IMG/VR virus record: IMGVR_UViG_3300027712_000017
Strand: one strand, 5' to 3'
DNA: 27,930 nucleotides
Source of the DNA: a virus
Lineage: Duplodnaviria > Heunggongvirae > Uroviricota > Caudoviricetes
The position numbers were made by a program, and so were the translations under genes. Of this stretch, positions 1-8,744 are shown piece after piece. Under the pieces are notes generated by a model. The model had not been told where the DNA came from. It did no database searches and was given only the letters and a program-made list of their open reading frames with translations. How positions within the stretch are numbered: the first letter of the stretch is position 1; each line of letters starts with the position of its first letter.

Positions 1-1
1 C

Positions 2-1195
2 GCAAACCCAGCTGGCATGTATTGTGTGATTCGTTCAGATTCAGGTAATGTTAATTTTAATACTGGTGTATCAACAGCAGCAGGTCCTTCTGATACTAAA
101 TTTTCATATGAAAATTGGGTAGGTGATTCTGTAGCATCATTGATTGATTGGACAAAACTCCAAATGATCTGGATTGAATATGCATGGTATGGCGCAGGTT
201 GTATTCGTTGGGGTACTATACTGAATGGCGAACCTTATGTGCTGCATGAAGTCGGTGCAGGTAATGCATCATGGACTGGTCAGCCTCACCAATTCCCGTG
301 GGCTAGAACTGGCAACTTGCCGGTGAGATATGAACAAAGAAATATTAGTGCAACTACATCAAATTCTGTTTTTGCACACTTCGGTGTTTCTGTTATGGTT
401 GAAGGACGTATTGACGATCAACGTGGTTTCACATATTCATATGGGTTGCCTTCTTCATCTATTCGTAGAAATGTCCCTCAAAATACTACACGTTTTCCTG
501 TTATTTCAGTTAGAACAAATACTATGGGTGTGATAGATTTTTCCGGAAACTCTACGTCAAATCCAATCGACACTGCAACTGCAAACACAACGTTCATGAG
601 AGTTTCAGGAACTCCGTGGGTTGCAAATGCATACGTTGGTCGTGCTATCGCATTTGTCGGCGCAAACAGTACAGGCAATACAGCAAATACTTTTGTGGGT
701 CGTATTGCAAATAATACTACAAATACTGTTTATTTCACCGACATTGTTTCTACAACTCCTGTATTGGCTACTTCAAATAGCTCATACACTTATAGTATTG
801 GTCTAATAAATCGCGGTCAAATTCTTCCTAAAACTTTGATCGTTTCTTCAGACGCTCTATGTCTTGTTGAGTTGGTTGTTTCTACTGCAGCAAATCCTAC
901 ATTATTAACAAATGCTACATTCACTCCTATGAACACTCTAGGTTCTTTAAATTCGCTATCATCTAGAGATGTGACTGCAAACGCAATCAGCTCCGGTACC
1001 GGTGAAGTGATTTATGCGTTTACTTCACCTGCAGGCGGTTCGGGTATTCAAACTTTTGAATTGAGTGACCTGTTTGCTCTTTATAACAATATCAGAGGAA
1101 ATAGCACTGATATTTTGACAGTCGCAATTTCAACACCATCAGGATCTTCTGCTAATGTGGGTGCCCATCTGATTGCTCAAGAAGCAATGTCATAA
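2..1195 (+). CDS. Putative virion structural protein, 5'-truncated (frame open from window start)
   Basis: S/T/N/G-rich beta-type composition; YAWYGAG..RWG and LPVRYE motifs typical of phage virion proteins; directly upstream of the head module; no stop before Met at 17. Confidence 0.5.
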   Translation, partial: ANPAGMYCVIRSDSGNVNFNTGVSTAAGPSDTKFSYENWVGDSVASLIDWTKLQMIWIEYAWYGAGCIRWGTILNGEPYVLHEVGAGNASWTGQPHQFPWARTGNLPVRYEQRNISATTSNSVFAHFGVSVMVEGRIDDQRGFTYSYGLPSSSIRRNVPQNTTRFPVISVRTNTMGVIDFSGNSTSNPIDTATANTTFMRVSGTPWVANAYVGRAIAFVGANSTGNTANTFVGRIANNTTNTVYFTDIVSTTPVLATSNSSYTYSIGLINRGQILPKTLIVSSDALCLVELVVSTAANPTLLTNATFTPMNTLGSLNSLSSRDVTANAISSGTGEVIYAFTSPAGGSGIQTFELSDLFALYNNIRGNSTDILTVAISTPSGSSANVGAHLIAQEAMS

Positions 1196-1221
1196 GTTGG
1201 GTTATTGATATGTCAACTTCT

Positions 1222-1229
1222 TATAAATA
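1222..1229 (+). promoter_or_regulatory. T4-type late promoter
   Basis: Exact TATAAATA upstream of gp21. Confidence 0.85.
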
Positions 1230-1257
1230 TATCAAATAATTCACAAGGAATACTATA

Positions 1258-1929
1258 ATGAAACTCATCGTTGAAGATATTGATGAAGTAAAATACATCA
1301 CGGAAAAGCGTGAAGATGGCAAGAAGAACCTTTATATCGAAGGTGTTTTCATGCAGGGCGGAATTCAGAACCGCAACGGACGTATGTATCCGGTTGATGT
1401 TCTGGTCGCTGAAACAACTCGCTATTCAAAGAAACTAGTAGAATCAAAGCGTGCTTATGGTGAATTGGGTCATCCTAATGGTCCTACAATCAATCTTGAT
1501 CGTGTTTCTCATCGTATTGTTGAACTTCGTCAAATTGACAAATCAGGTGATATCTACGGCAAGGCTATGATTATGGATACTCCTATGGGCAACATTGCTC
1601 GTGGTATCATTGAATCTGGCGGACAATTAGGTGTGTCATCTCGCGGTATGGGTTCGATTAAAGAAAACAACGGCATCATGGAAGTCCAAAAAGATTTCTT
1701 TCTTGCTACTGCTGCCGACATCGTTGCTGATCCATCAGCACCTGATGCTTTTGTTCATGGAATTATGGAAGGTGTTGAGTGGGTATGGGATAACGGCATA
1801 TTAAAAGCTAACCAAATTGCAGAACAAACACACAGAGAAATCAACAATGCTTCTGCATCAAGAGCATTGACTAATGATAGAAAACTTGAAATTTTTGAGG
1901 CATTCTTGACTCGTCTTGTCAATAAGTGA
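1258..1929 (+). CDS. gp21: Prohead protease (T4 gp21)
   Basis: LYIEGVFMQ..NRNGRMY, GELGHP, GVSSRGMGS, DIVADPSAPDA motifs. Confidence 0.96.
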   Translation: MKLIVEDIDEVKYITEKREDGKKNLYIEGVFMQGGIQNRNGRMYPVDVLVAETTRYSKKLVESKRAYGELGHPNGPTINLDRVSHRIVELRQIDKSGDIYGKAMIMDTPMGNIARGIIESGGQLGVSSRGMGSIKENNGIMEVQKDFFLATAADIVADPSAPDAFVHGIMEGVEWVWDNGILKANQIAEQTHREINNASASRALTNDRKLEIFEAFLTRLVNK

Positions 1930-1947
1930 TCTCTAATTTATTGATTT

Positions 1948-1955
1948 TATAAATA
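1948..1955 (+). promoter_or_regulatory. T4-type late promoter
   Basis: Exact TATAAATA upstream of gp22. Confidence 0.85.
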
Positions 1956-1986
1956 ACTAAAACGTCAAATTAAAAGGAGCATTATA

Positions 1987-2958
1987 ATGCTAAGCAAGAA
2001 AGAGCAAGACCTAATTGAAAAGGTTGTTACTGGCGGCGGTCTTTCAGGTCAAGCTATGACTGCAGATCCAACTAATACTGTAGCGCAAGCACCTGGCAAT
2101 TCAAAAAAGCAAGGCGACTTGTCTATGCCTAAGTCACAAAATCCTGCAGGAACTGGAATCGAAGAAACTGATCCTGAAAATAATGTAAAAGCAACTGGTG
2201 ATATGTCAGCACAAAATAAAGCATCTATCGCTATGAAAGGTTCTTCAGTAAAAGAAGATCTTGCTGATGTATTCGGTGATGACCTTACCGAAGAAATGCT
2301 AGAAAAAGCAGCAACACTTTTTGAAGCAGCAATTGCAATCAAAGTTGCAGAAATCGAAGAAGCATATGCTGCTGCACTAGATGAAGAAGTAGAATCAATC
2401 CACGCAGAATTGACTGAACAGGTTGATCAGTATCTTTCATTTGTTGCATCAGAATGGCTAACTGAAAATGAAGTCGCTGTCGAATCTTCATTGAAGAATG
2501 AATTGACTGAAGAATTCATTGACGGCCTAAAGAATCTATTTGCAGAGCACTATATTGACGTTCCTTCTGACAAGGTTGACGTTCTTGAGTCTCTAGCACT
2601 TAAAGTTGAAGAACTTGAAGATCGCTTGAACGAAGAAATGGGAAGCAAGATTGAACTTGTAAATGAACTAAATCGTCATGCAATGAAAGAAGCATTTGCT
2701 GAAGTCGCTGAAGGTCTTGTTTTGACACAAGTCGAAAAGTTCCGCACAATTGCTGAAAACCTAGAGTTCACTGGCGACGTTAACTCATACACAACAAAAT
2801 TAAAAACCATCAAAGAGAATTACTTCTCTGGTAAAAAATCTGCAACATCAAATATCCTAACCGAAGAGTTTGAGGGCGATGACTCATCTACAGCACCTGC
2901 TGTCCATGGCGAGATGAGTAAGTATGTAACTGCTATTTCAAGAACTCTTAAGAAATAA
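1987..2958 (+). CDS. gp22: Prohead core scaffold protein (T4 gp22)
   Basis: Acidic coiled coil, KAATLFEAA, VDQYL..V..EW..ENEVAVE, LKNLFAEHYI; lies between gp21 and gp23. Confidence 0.92.
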   Translation: MLSKKEQDLIEKVVTGGGLSGQAMTADPTNTVAQAPGNSKKQGDLSMPKSQNPAGTGIEETDPENNVKATGDMSAQNKASIAMKGSSVKEDLADVFGDDLTEEMLEKAATLFEAAIAIKVAEIEEAYAAALDEEVESIHAELTEQVDQYLSFVASEWLTENEVAVESSLKNELTEEFIDGLKNLFAEHYIDVPSDKVDVLESLALKVEELEDRLNEEMGSKIELVNELNRHAMKEAFAEVAEGLVLTQVEKFRTIAENLEFTGDVNSYTTKLKTIKENYFSGKKSATSNILTEEFEGDDSSTAPAVHGEMSKYVTAISRTLKK

Positions 2959-2963
2959 TTCGT

Positions 2964-2971
2964 TATAAATA
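2964..2971 (+). promoter_or_regulatory. T4-type late promoter
   Basis: Exact TATAAATA upstream of gp23. Confidence 0.85.
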
Positions 2972-3007
2972 AAACTATCAAGAAAACCGTAAAGGGAGAT
3001 TAATACA

Positions 3008-4396
3008 ATGCTATTAGCTGAGGAAATTCAAAAGAAGTGGGCACCAGTGCTTGAGCACGCCGACTTAAATCCTATCAAAGACCATCACCGCCGTGCGGTC
3101 ACTGCACAATTGCTAGAAAACACACAGCGTGAGTTGTCTGTTTCTGGCGCACACAACCAGTTTTTGTTGTCTGAAGCTGATTCTTCTGGTCCTACCAACT
3201 CAATTCAGTCTGGCGGCGGTGCTTCAAACATCGACACCTTCGATCCTGTTTTGATCTCGTTGGTTCGTCGTTCAATGCCTAACCTAATTGCATATGACAT
3301 CTGCGGCGTTCAGCCAATGACTGGTCCTACCGGTTTGATTTTTGCAATGCGTTCACGTTATGGTAACAACAGCAGCACAGAAACCTTCTATGACGAAGTT
3401 AACACTGCATACTCTGCATATGGTAACGGCGGATACTCAGTAGCTCGTGGCAACAGTGAAGCAACACCAGATGCTAACGTTGCATTCACAGGTCAAAAGG
3501 GAACTATTCCTGGTGCGACTAATACAACACCAATGACTGCAACTAACACCTATAACACTTCAGGTGCTATGTCAACATATTCAGCAGAAACACTTGGTGG
3601 TAACACAACATTTGGTTTCGCCGAAATGGGCTTCTCAATTGAGAAAGTTACTGTAACTGCAAAGTCACGCGCTTTGAAGGCAGAATACTCAATGGAACTA
3701 GCACAAGACTTGAAGGCAATTCATGGTCTTGACGCTGAGTCAGAACTATCGAACATTCTTTCAGCAGAAATTCTTGCAGAAATCAATCGTGAAGTAGTTC
3801 GCACAATCAACATCACAGCAGTTGCTGGTGCTCAGTCTGACACCACAACAGCAGGCGTTTTCGACCTTGACACCGACTCAAATGGTCGTTGGTCAGTTGA
3901 AAAATTCAAGGGTTTGATGTTCCAACTAGAGCGTGAAGCGAACCAAATCGCTAAGCAAACTCGTCGTGGCAAGGGTAACATCCTACTTTGCTCTTCAGAC
4001 GTTGCGTCTGCATTGCAAATGGCAGGTGTTCTAGACTATACTCCTGCTTTGAACAGCAACAACCTAAACGTTGACGATACCGGAGCAACCTTCGCAGGTG
4101 TTCTAAATGGTCGTCTACGTGTTTACATCGACCCATACGCAATTGGCGGCAACTATGCTACCATGGGTTACAAAGGTGCAAACGCATTCGACGCAGGTCT
4201 ATTCTATTGCCCATATGTTCCTCTACAAATGGTTCGTGCGGTTGACCCTAACACCTTCCAACCAAAGATTGGTTTTAAGACTCGTTACGGCATGGTCGCA
4301 AACCCATTCGCACAAGGTACTACAGAAGGTAGCGGAGCGTTGACTTTCAACACCAACAAGTACTATCGTCGTGTAATCATCAACAATTTGATGTAA
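3008..4396 (+). CDS. gp23: Major capsid protein (T4 gp23)
   Basis: DPVLISLVRR..PNLIAYDICGVQPMTGPTGLIFAMR, SRALKAEYSMELAQDLKAIHG, FQPKIGFKTRYG. Confidence 0.98.
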   Translation: MLLAEEIQKKWAPVLEHADLNPIKDHHRRAVTAQLLENTQRELSVSGAHNQFLLSEADSSGPTNSIQSGGGASNIDTFDPVLISLVRRSMPNLIAYDICGVQPMTGPTGLIFAMRSRYGNNSSTETFYDEVNTAYSAYGNGGYSVARGNSEATPDANVAFTGQKGTIPGATNTTPMTATNTYNTSGAMSTYSAETLGGNTTFGFAEMGFSIEKVTVTAKSRALKAEYSMELAQDLKAIHGLDAESELSNILSAEILAEINREVVRTINITAVAGAQSDTTTAGVFDLDTDSNGRWSVEKFKGLMFQLEREANQIAKQTRRGKGNILLCSSDVASALQMAGVLDYTPALNSNNLNVDDTGATFAGVLNGRLRVYIDPYAIGGNYATMGYKGANAFDAGLFYCPYVPLQMVRAVDPNTFQPKIGFKTRYGMVANPFAQGTTEGSGALTFNTNKYYRRVIINNLM

Positions 4397-4421
4397 GACG
4401 AACACTTACATTTAAAATTAT

Positions 4422-4462
4422 TATAAATATCCCTATAGTTAACTCTATGGGGGTATTTTTTT
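4422..4462 (+). promoter_or_regulatory. Late promoter overlapping a hairpin plus U-tract (gp23 terminator and/or RBS-sequestering hairpin of the endonuclease)
   Basis: TATAAATA 4422-4429; AATATCCCTATAG pairs with CTATGGGGGTATT, followed by a T run up to the ATG at 4463. Confidence 0.7.
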
Positions 4463-5032
4463 ATGAGTGAGCAAAAATATGGTTTCGTTTATTTGTGGTT
4501 TGACAAAAAACACAAGAGATATTATGTGGGATCCCACTGGGGTTTAGAGACTGATGGTTATGTGTGTTCTTCTTCATGGATGAAAAAATCATACAAATAT
4601 AGACCAGAAGATTTTAAAAGAAAAATCTTAAAACGAATCTATACTAATAAAATAGATTTACATGAAGAAGAACATAGATATCTTCAAATGATAAAATTGA
4701 ATGAAATTAAACCGCAAAACAACAATCCTCGTTATTATAATTTAACAATATCTGCAAAAAATCTATGGCACAAATATGATGACAAGATAAAAACTATAGG
4801 GCAGAAAATTTCCGAATCTAAAAAAGGCAAAAACACAGGTCCACGAGATCCTTCTGTTGGTGTCGCAATTTCTGCTGCTAAAAAAGGCAAACAATTCAGT
4901 GAAGAACATAAAAAGAAATTGAGTGAAGCTAAAATCGGGACAAAACAAACTGATGAACAAAAAGCTAAAAGATCTTTATCAATGTCACAACAGTGGGCTG
5001 ATGGTATCAGAACAAATAAAAAACATAAATAA
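4463..5032 (+). CDS. Free-standing GIY-YIG homing endonuclease (Seg-like) with NUMOD3-type DNA-binding repeats
   Basis: GFVY...YYVG N-terminal motif, YYN, and repeats such as KISESKKG and SEEHKKKLSEAKIG. Confidence 0.88.
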   Translation: MSEQKYGFVYLWFDKKHKRYYVGSHWGLETDGYVCSSSWMKKSYKYRPEDFKRKILKRIYTNKIDLHEEEHRYLQMIKLNEIKPQNNNPRYYNLTISAKNLWHKYDDKIKTIGQKISESKKGKNTGPRDPSVGVAISAAKKGKQFSEEHKKKLSEAKIGTKQTDEQKAKRSLSMSQQWADGIRTNKKHK

Positions 5033-5068
5033 AAATAACAATAAGATTCGGATTAACCGAGCTTGACT

Positions 5069-5095
5069 GGCGGGAGAGAAATCTCCCGCCTTTTT
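5069..5095 (+). terminator. Rho-independent terminator
   Basis: GGCGGGAGA-GAAA-TCTCCCGCC followed by TTTTT. Confidence 0.9.
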
Positions 5096-5100
5096 CACAT

Positions 5101-5108
5101 TATAAATA
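5101..5108 (+). promoter_or_regulatory. T4-type late promoter
   Basis: Exact TATAAATA upstream of gp3. Confidence 0.85.
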
Positions 5109-5126
5109 CTGATGAAGGAGATCAAC

Positions 5127-5651
5127 ATGACCCAATTAGATTATATCACAGCAAATAAAAATTTCCTATCACCGCTAGGTTTCAAGTTTCAAATTAAGAA
5201 ACTTCCTAATGTGAATTTCTTTGTTCAAAGCACAAATATCCCTGGATTGTCTATAGCACAGTCACCTGAAGCACCGAACCCTTTTGTTGCTATTCCTTAT
5301 TCAGGTGATCACATACTATACAATGAATTTAAAATAACATTCAAAGTTGACGAAGATTTAAAAAATTTCCTAGAATTACATTATTGGTTGAGAGGTTTAG
5401 GTTTCCCTGAAGAATTTAATGAATATCGTCTCATTGCTGAAGAAGATAAATTAGCAGGCGGCGGCTTGAAATCTGATGCATCATTGATCATCACAACAAA
5501 TGGAAAATCTCCTAATATCGAATGTGTATTTGAAGATGCATTTCCGATAGAATTGTCTGATCTAGAGTTTAACACTACTGACGTTACTGTCGATTACATA
5601 GAAGTAACTGCGACATTCGCATACACTCAATATAAAATTAAAACCTTGTAA
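5127..5651 (+). CDS. gp3: Tail tube terminator / tail completion protein (T4 gp3)
   Basis: NFLSPLGFKF, FFVQS.NIPG, F.VDEDLKN, F.DAFP..LS; GGAG RBS before ATG 5127. Confidence 0.85.
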   Translation: MTQLDYITANKNFLSPLGFKFQIKKLPNVNFFVQSTNIPGLSIAQSPEAPNPFVAIPYSGDHILYNEFKITFKVDEDLKNFLELHYWLRGLGFPEEFNEYRLIAEEDKLAGGGLKSDASLIITTNGKSPNIECVFEDAFPIELSDLEFNTTDVTVDYIEVTATFAYTQYKIKTL

Positions 5652-5696
5652 TTTTCAAATCTTATGTTATAATGTAATTTGCTATAGCAGGAGTGA

Positions 5697-6134
5697 ATGA
5701 TGAAGATTGAAAAGATTTTTGAAGAGTGGGATGCCGATACTGACTTTGATAAAACAGAACTAGGTGACGAAGCATTAAAGGTATCTAAACTACATCACAA
5801 GTATTTTAGAATTCTATCGCAAGAACGTATTACTCGAAGATCATTAGAAGCAGATCTTAAAGTGTTGCGATTAGAGAAGTTTGAATTTTACACGCAAGGA
5901 CCATCAAAAGAAAGTGTCGAGCGTGGATGGGAAATGCCCCCTATTGGCAGAGTAGTCAAATCAGAAGTTAATAACTACATGGAAGCAGATAGAGATATAA
6001 TAAACCTATCGCTAAAAATCGGGATTCAAAATGAGAAGATTGATCTTCTAGAATCTATAATCAAGACAATACTTAGTCGTGGCTACAATATCAAAGCAGC
6101 TATTGACTGGGAGAAATTTAAAATGGGTGGATAA
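5697..6134 (+). CDS. uvsY: Recombination mediator UvsY
   Basis: EW..D, LHHKY, Y.EAD, RGYNIKAAIDW.KF..G; upstream of uvsW. Confidence 0.9.
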   Translation: MMKIEKIFEEWDADTDFDKTELGDEALKVSKLHHKYFRILSQERITRRSLEADLKVLRLEKFEFYTQGPSKESVERGWEMPPIGRVVKSEVNNYMEADRDIINLSLKIGIQNEKIDLLESIIKTILSRGYNIKAAIDWEKFKMGG

Positions 6135-7678
6135 TGAAAATTGTCAAATTTGACGAAGTATATCTTAAAATCGAATGCGAGTCAGATGTTGCATACGAAT
6201 TGCAAGAGTATTTTACATTCTTCGTTCCGGGTTATAAATTCATGCCTGCCTACAAAAACAAAATGTGGGACGGCAAAATTAGATTATTCAATCCCGCTAC
6301 ACGCTTAGTATACGCAGGAGTAATCAAACATATCGAAAATTTCTGCAAAGAGCGTGAATATGATCTTGAGATTGATGATGATTATTCAGCAAATGAGTTT
6401 TCATTATATGAAGCAAAAGAATTTGTTAAATCATTAAATCTCCCACCACATCTCGAGACACGAGATTACCAACTAGATGCGTTTGTATATTCAGTAAGAA
6501 ATAACAGATCACTTCTAGTATCACCAACCGCCTCTGGCAAATCATTCATCATTTATCTATTAACGAGGTATTTCAATGTCAAAACTCTTATTGTGGTTCC
6601 GACAACTACTCTTGTCCATCAAATGGCAAGTGACTTCAAGTCATACGGGTACCAACACCGAAACGACTATAACACTAGCAGTGAACGATCAGATCACGGA
6701 CGCAGTAACTCAAGCGCATCATCCAATGCCAACGTCAAACGAGCAACTTCAACAAGCAATGATTACGACGGAATCCACAAAATCTTCTCCGGTCAAGAAA
6801 AAGACGACCCGGAAGCCCAAATCACCGTCACAACCTGGCAAAGCATCTACAAGCAACCCAGAAAGTGGTTCGACAAATACGACCTCGTAATAGGGGACGA
6901 AGCACACTTGTTCAAAGCGAAATCGCTGGGAACTATTATGGGCAATCTAACTAGATGCAAATATCGTTTCGGTTTCACGGGAACACTTGATGGGACCGAA
7001 ACTCATAAACTTGTGCTTGAAGGATTGTTCGGTCCTGTTCGTAATGTTATCACGACTTCTGAACTTATGCAACAGAATCATGTGAGTGAATTGAAAATCA
7101 AAGCGATTGTGTTAAAACATCGTGACGAAATTCGTAAACTTATGGTAGGCAAAACATATCAAGAAGAAATGGATTACCTTGTCTCAAGTGAAGCACGCAA
7201 TCGCTTTATTAAAAATCTTACATTATCTTTGAGTGGACACACACTTGTGTTATATCAATATGTTGACAAACACGGTAAACCGTTGTATAATATGTTAAAA
7301 GATGCCAGTATACCTGTCTTTTTTGTTCATGGAGGAGTTGAAGGTGAAGAAAGAGATAAGATCAGACATATCGTTCAAGGAGAGAAAGCGAGTATCATCC
7401 TCGCGTCTTACGGAACCTTCTCGACAGGTATCAACATACCTAGTATTGAAAACGTCATATTTGCAAGTCCTTCCAAATCTAGAATCCGGAACCTTCAAAG
7501 TATCGGACGCGGACTTAGAAAATCAGATGGAAAAGATTCGGCAACACTGTATGACATTGCAGACGATCTCACCTGGAAGTCATCTAAAAACCATACTATC
7601 AACCACTTCGTTGAAAGAATAAAAATCTACAATGAAGAAAAATTTAATTACAAAATCTATAACGTGGAGTTAAAATGA
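6134..7678 (+). CDS. uvsW: SF2 DNA helicase UvsW with a ~35-40 aa low-complexity insertion
   Basis: WDGKIRL, RDYQ, SPTASGKS, DEAH, GFTGT, LQSIGRGLR. Confidence 0.95.
   Translation: MKIVKFDEVYLKIECESDVAYELQEYFTFFVPGYKFMPAYKNKMWDGKIRLFNPATRLVYAGVIKHIENFCKEREYDLEIDDDYSANEFSLYEAKEFVKSLNLPPHLETRDYQLDAFVYSVRNNRSLLVSPTASGKSFIIYLLTRYFNVKTLIVVPTTTLVHQMASDFKSYGYQHRNDYNTSSERSDHGRSNSSASSNANVKRATSTSNDYDGIHKIFSGQEKDDPEAQITVTTWQSIYKQPRKWFDKYDLVIGDEAHLFKAKSLGTIMGNLTRCKYRFGFTGTLDGTETHKLVLEGLFGPVRNVITTSELMQQNHVSELKIKAIVLKHRDEIRKLMVGKTYQEEMDYLVSSEARNRFIKNLTLSLSGHTLVLYQYVDKHGKPLYNMLKDASIPVFFVHGGVEGEERDKIRHIVQGEKASIILASYGTFSTGINIPSIENVIFASPSKSRIRNLQSIGRGLRKSDGKDSATLYDIADDLTWKSSKNHTINHFVERIKIYNEEKFNYKIYNVELK
6576..6890 (+). 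CDS. Putative overprinted gene in the +1 frame of uvsW (VNDQITDAVTQ motif, basic C-terminal part)
   Basis: 104-codon ORF with GAGGT RBS at 6565-6569; spans the uvsW insertion. Confidence 0.5.
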   Translation: MSKLLLWFRQLLLSIKWQVTSSHTGTNTETTITLAVNDQITDAVTQAHHPMPTSNEQLQQAMITTESTKSSPVKKKTTRKPKSPSQPGKASTSNPESGSTNTTS

Positions 7679-8082
7679 ATATCTGTCATATCAAATTAAT
7701 TACGGGTGAAGATTTACTAGGTAGTGTTGATGATCAAAACAAAGATTCAGTAATGATCAATGGTCCTTTTGTTGTGGAGGAAAGAATAAATTCTTCCTCT
7801 GGTTCCACCGTTATGGTGTTAGCACCTTATGCAGCGTATGGACCTAGTCAAGATATCTGGTTTCAAGATAATCATATTTTATTCATTACACCTGCTAGTG
7901 ATGAATATCGTAAGTTCTATCTTGCATCTAGAAAATATAATGAAAAGTATCTGCAACCTGCTCAGATGAAAGAACTCAATAAAATAGTTGATGCTATGGA
8001 GGATGCTGTTGATAAAAAAGCACATACTTCCAATATAGTTAGGCTTAGTTCAATCGGAGTAACTAATACATCATTTCATTAA
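7675..8082 (+). CDS. Hypothetical protein, possibly Sm-like fold, in the usual slot between uvsW and gp55
   Basis: IKLITGEDLLG N-terminal motif; ATGA-type overlap with uvsW end; synteny. Confidence 0.6.
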   Translation: MNICHIKLITGEDLLGSVDDQNKDSVMINGPFVVEERINSSSGSTVMVLAPYAAYGPSQDIWFQDNHILFITPASDEYRKFYLASRKYNEKYLQPAQMKELNKIVDAMEDAVDKKAHTSNIVRLSSIGVTNTSFH

Positions 8083-8115
8083 CCACATAGTGATTATAAC
8101 AGGAGAACCTACATC

Positions 8116-8706
8116 ATGTCAACCAAAAAACGTGGCACTGGCGCACATTACGTCAACAACAAGCAATTCCTTGAAGCAATGATAGAATATAGGGAAAAAG
8201 TCAGGGTAGCGACTGAGAACGGCACTAGAAAACCGCAGATCAGTAACTATATCGGCAACTGTATCCTGCTGATTGCTCAACGTGTCGCTCACAAGCCTAA
8301 CTTCTCGAACTACTCCTATAAAGAAGAAATGATTTCTGATGGCATTGAAAACTGCATCATGTATATCGACAACTTCAATCCGGAAAAATCAACTAACCCA
8401 TTCGCATACTTTAGTCAAATAATCCACTTCGCTTTCATTCGTCGTATCACTAAAGAAAAAAAGCAACAGTATATCAAAATCAAAAATATGCAGAACTCAT
8501 TTCTATTCAGTGAGTTACAGGATCATATCGCAGGACATGAATCTGAAATGGGTAACTCAAAGAGCAATCTTTTTGATAATGACATTACAAGTGAGTTCGT
8601 CCGTTCATTTGAAGCAACTATTGAAAAGAAAAAATTAACAAATGTCGTTAAACAAGGCATTGAAAACTTCATTGAAGAAGATGTTGACAATTCAGAAGAA
8701 GTGTGA
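8116..8706 (+). CDS. gp55: Late transcription sigma factor (T4 gp55)
   Basis: HYVNNKQF, NF..YSYKEEMISDGIENC, NPFAYFSQI..FAFIRRI.KEKKQ. Confidence 0.95.
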   Translation: MSTKKRGTGAHYVNNKQFLEAMIEYREKVRVATENGTRKPQISNYIGNCILLIAQRVAHKPNFSNYSYKEEMISDGIENCIMYIDNFNPEKSTNPFAYFSQIIHFAFIRRITKEKKQQYIKIKNMQNSFLFSELQDHIAGHESEMGNSKSNLFDNDITSEFVRSFEATIEKKKLTNVVKQGIENFIEEDVDNSEEV

Positions 8707-8712
8707 TATTGT
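8684..8712 (+). promoter_or_regulatory. Sigma70-like early/middle promoter for gp47
   Basis: TTGACA-N17-TATTGT. Confidence 0.65.
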
Positions 8713-8744
8713 ATCTTTAACTGCATCTTAAAGGATTGTTTTTA

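Noticed and set aside
6650-6770. Intein or intron in uvsW
   Set aside because: Too short; no C/S...HN intein ends and no group I core; the frame is uninterrupted.
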